A stretch of 63,516 nucleotides of DNA, counting the filler, from Globobulimina sp. (lineage: Eukaryota), in the NCBI GenBank assembly GCA_003354225.1. It is 28 parts of 28 records of this genome, joined end to end, with 100 filler letters (N's around TTAATTAATTAA, not from the genome) between each part and the next. Parts side by side here need not be neighbours in the genome. Positions count along the whole stretch, not along the records: positions 61,347 to 63,516 come from PIVH01008453.1; 27 more parts are not named here. One strand, written 5' to 3'. Each line of letters starts with the position of its first letter. Positions within the stretch are counted from its first letter, which is position 1. The position numbers were made by a program, and so were the translations under genes. The notes beneath the pieces are model-generated. The model saw only the letters and a program-made list of their open reading frames with translations, did not search any database and had not been told where the DNA came from. Of the stretch, positions 61,347 to 63,516 are shown one piece after another.

Positions 61347-63477
61347 ATTCCTCACTCCTTGAACTCAATGGTTGCTCCTCTGGCGATCTATGGACTTGTT
61401 CTGGAATCACAATCTATTTCCCTCCAAAAGACCTGCACGGAAATAAACGCAGCTTCATCAATGGCGATAATAATTTGAACGGCCACTCCAAATCGTTACA
61501 GTTCTATGCCATTAATGGTTGGAGCGACATTGACAGCAAAGGCTACATTGGATCATTTGCTTACTTCTATGGTGTTATGCATTGCATGTATAACTATACA
61601 AAATCATGCAACTTCAATAGCGCAGCGTGGCTCTGCGAGTCTGATGACAATTTATGCAACAATCCCTATGCAGCGCCGACCCAAAGTGTTTCTAAAGGTT
61701 TGTTACTTTAAAAACAATGTTTTTGTATATCGTTTACCAAACTTTTCCAGCTTCTGCGCCGAAACAAATTGATATTTTATGGTATATTGTGGTGACGTTA
61801 AGTCTGTGCATCTGCGGATTTAGCATCTTATTGATCTATAACATGAGCAAAAGTTGCAAGCGCAGCAAAGCCAAACATGACATAAATACTGACACGGAAC
61901 ATCAGCAAAATACATCCATATTAATAGGGATTGAGAAGGAAGATTGCAAAGACATATTAAAAGCGACCATGCCACAGAACCCTATCCAGATCGTAGGCGA
62001 TGACCTCCATAATATGTTCCCACTGATAACGTACGGTCCCATCACGTCCATTGCCTCCATGACCTCCATCCCTTCCATCCCCATGGACGACAACGACATC
62101 ATGGAAGGACCGCATGTCTGCGCTCACACTCTCAATCCCGACATCATCACAAAATGCGTCAATTACAGCATTCAGCAACAAAGGATGACCCATCTCAATA
62201 TGGATGAAACTGTCAATGAAATGATGGATATGATGTTGGATATGGACATGGATCATATGGACAATATGGACAATATGGACAATATGGACAATATGGACAA
62301 TATGGATAAAGACAGCAACCACTTAGAAATCGAGCACACTCCGCATGGCCCTCATGATGAGGTGGACGAAGCTGACCAGATTCCGTCAGTAATGTTTCTG
62401 TATAACAGTGACATGGCCATACCCGAAGGCCGCGAGAATAATATCACTTCTCCCACCACGCCGCACTTACACGAATCGTTCAATATATCGCAGTCTCCGT
62501 CGCCTACACCGACTCTATCCGACCATCAGGACACCAATGGATTATTAAACACAGTGTCAACGTGGCCATTGCCGCAACAGCCGCCGGTTACACCTGCACC
62601 GCCTTCGTCTAATTTGACTATCTCGCATGCGAGCTCTGCTACGTCGAACAATTCCAATTCAAATTCAAATTCAAATTCGAGCTCTGACCGTGAGAGTGAA
62701 CGTGAACGGGAGCACGATGCCGATGCGTCGCCTACGAATACGACCGTGTCTAATATGACCTATATGACAGCATCGAGCATCATCAATTCCATCATCAGCG
62801 AAAGTAACCAGTCCAATGGGTCCGGTTCGTATAATGACGAGTCTGAGGATAATGGATTGCGGATTGAAGCGTATGATGATACGGAGTGCATTGCGGAGAA
62901 GACGACGGTGACTACGCAGCAAAGTAGTGTGGTTGGACCGGATGAGGAGAGTTTTAGTAGTCAGAGCACGCCGGTTTGCTCCAATAATGTTGATATTAAT
63001 GCCGCGAAGTCCGAGGAGCAGGTGTATGATGAGGAGGAGTATGAGGAATATGACGAGGAGGATATAAGTACGTATCGGTGGAGACATAACAGGAATAACA
63101 GTGATACGCTGATTATTGATGAAGACCACGACGACACATCGAGTTGGATCAGCGGTGAGGAGGAGGAGGAGGATTTTGATGCATCTGCGACAGTGTCGGT
63201 GTCGGGGTCGGGGTCGGGCACTGTATCTGGTTCTGGTTCTGGGCAGTTGATGGAGATGGAGATGGAAATGGAGGATGATATTGATGGCGATATCGAGGAA
63301 GATATCCATATTCATGGTGTGCAGTTACAATTTGATCATTTGAAGGTATCAGCGGAGGATCACGGCAATACTTCGACCAGTAATACGGAATATGATTCGA
63401 GTACGAGTTCCATGGGCGAATATTTTACAAATGAGGTGACAGAGGACGAGGAAGAGTCGATTGAGATTGGACAGTGA
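61347..63477 (+). CDS. Type-I membrane protein: Cys-containing ectodomain, TM helix, long acidic tail; 5' truncated
   Basis: Phase-1 intron 61698-61750; TM segment ILWYIVVTLSLCICGFSILLIY; (ATGGACAAT)x5 encoding MDN repeats at 62257-62301. Confidence 0.7.
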
Positions 63478-63516
63478 TTTTTTGAGTTATTTTTTTTTAT
63501 TTTATTTTTTTGTATT

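Overview
This window is not one locus. It is 28 unrelated contigs of 2174-2170 bp, ordered by decreasing length and joined by identical artificial 100-bp spacers (44 N + TTAATTAATTAA + 44 N), so gene neighbourhood only means something within a contig. The DNA is mostly AT-rich, gene-dense and eukaryotic, uses the standard genetic code, and has short GT-AG introns (mostly 52-120 nt). Gene families and intron style suggest a rhizarian protist, probably a foraminiferan; this is inference. Recognisable genes, many truncated by contig ends: TBC1D19, ADH5/GSNOR, RRN3, a PLS-type PPR protein, a class-V PLP enzyme, WW proteins, a mitochondrial carrier, PP2C, a P450, a P450 reductase, a bacterial-type alpha/beta hydrolase, an arylsulfatase, mitoribosomal mS25- and mL54-like proteins, a CAP-Gly protein, TIM50, WDHD1/Ctf4, HslU, SDH4, a vacuolar sorting receptor, an AFI1-like protein and aldolase. 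Mobile DNA: an RNase H-bearing non-LTR retrotransposon, an 857-bp element with 30-bp TIRs, and small MITE-like hairpins. Best leads: (1) contig 36367-38538 carries an intronless gene resembling bacterial polymorphic-toxin RNase domains, behind a 5x38-bp CCAAT array, TATA box and initiator, next to the TIR element; (2) candidate C/D-box snoRNAs in enlarged RRN3 introns and in an intergenic cluster at 13646-14579; (3) a plant-like PLS PPR protein; (4) a Ser/Asp-rich modular surface protein, a candidate test-matrix protein. All family assignments are motif recognition from memory; no database search was run.
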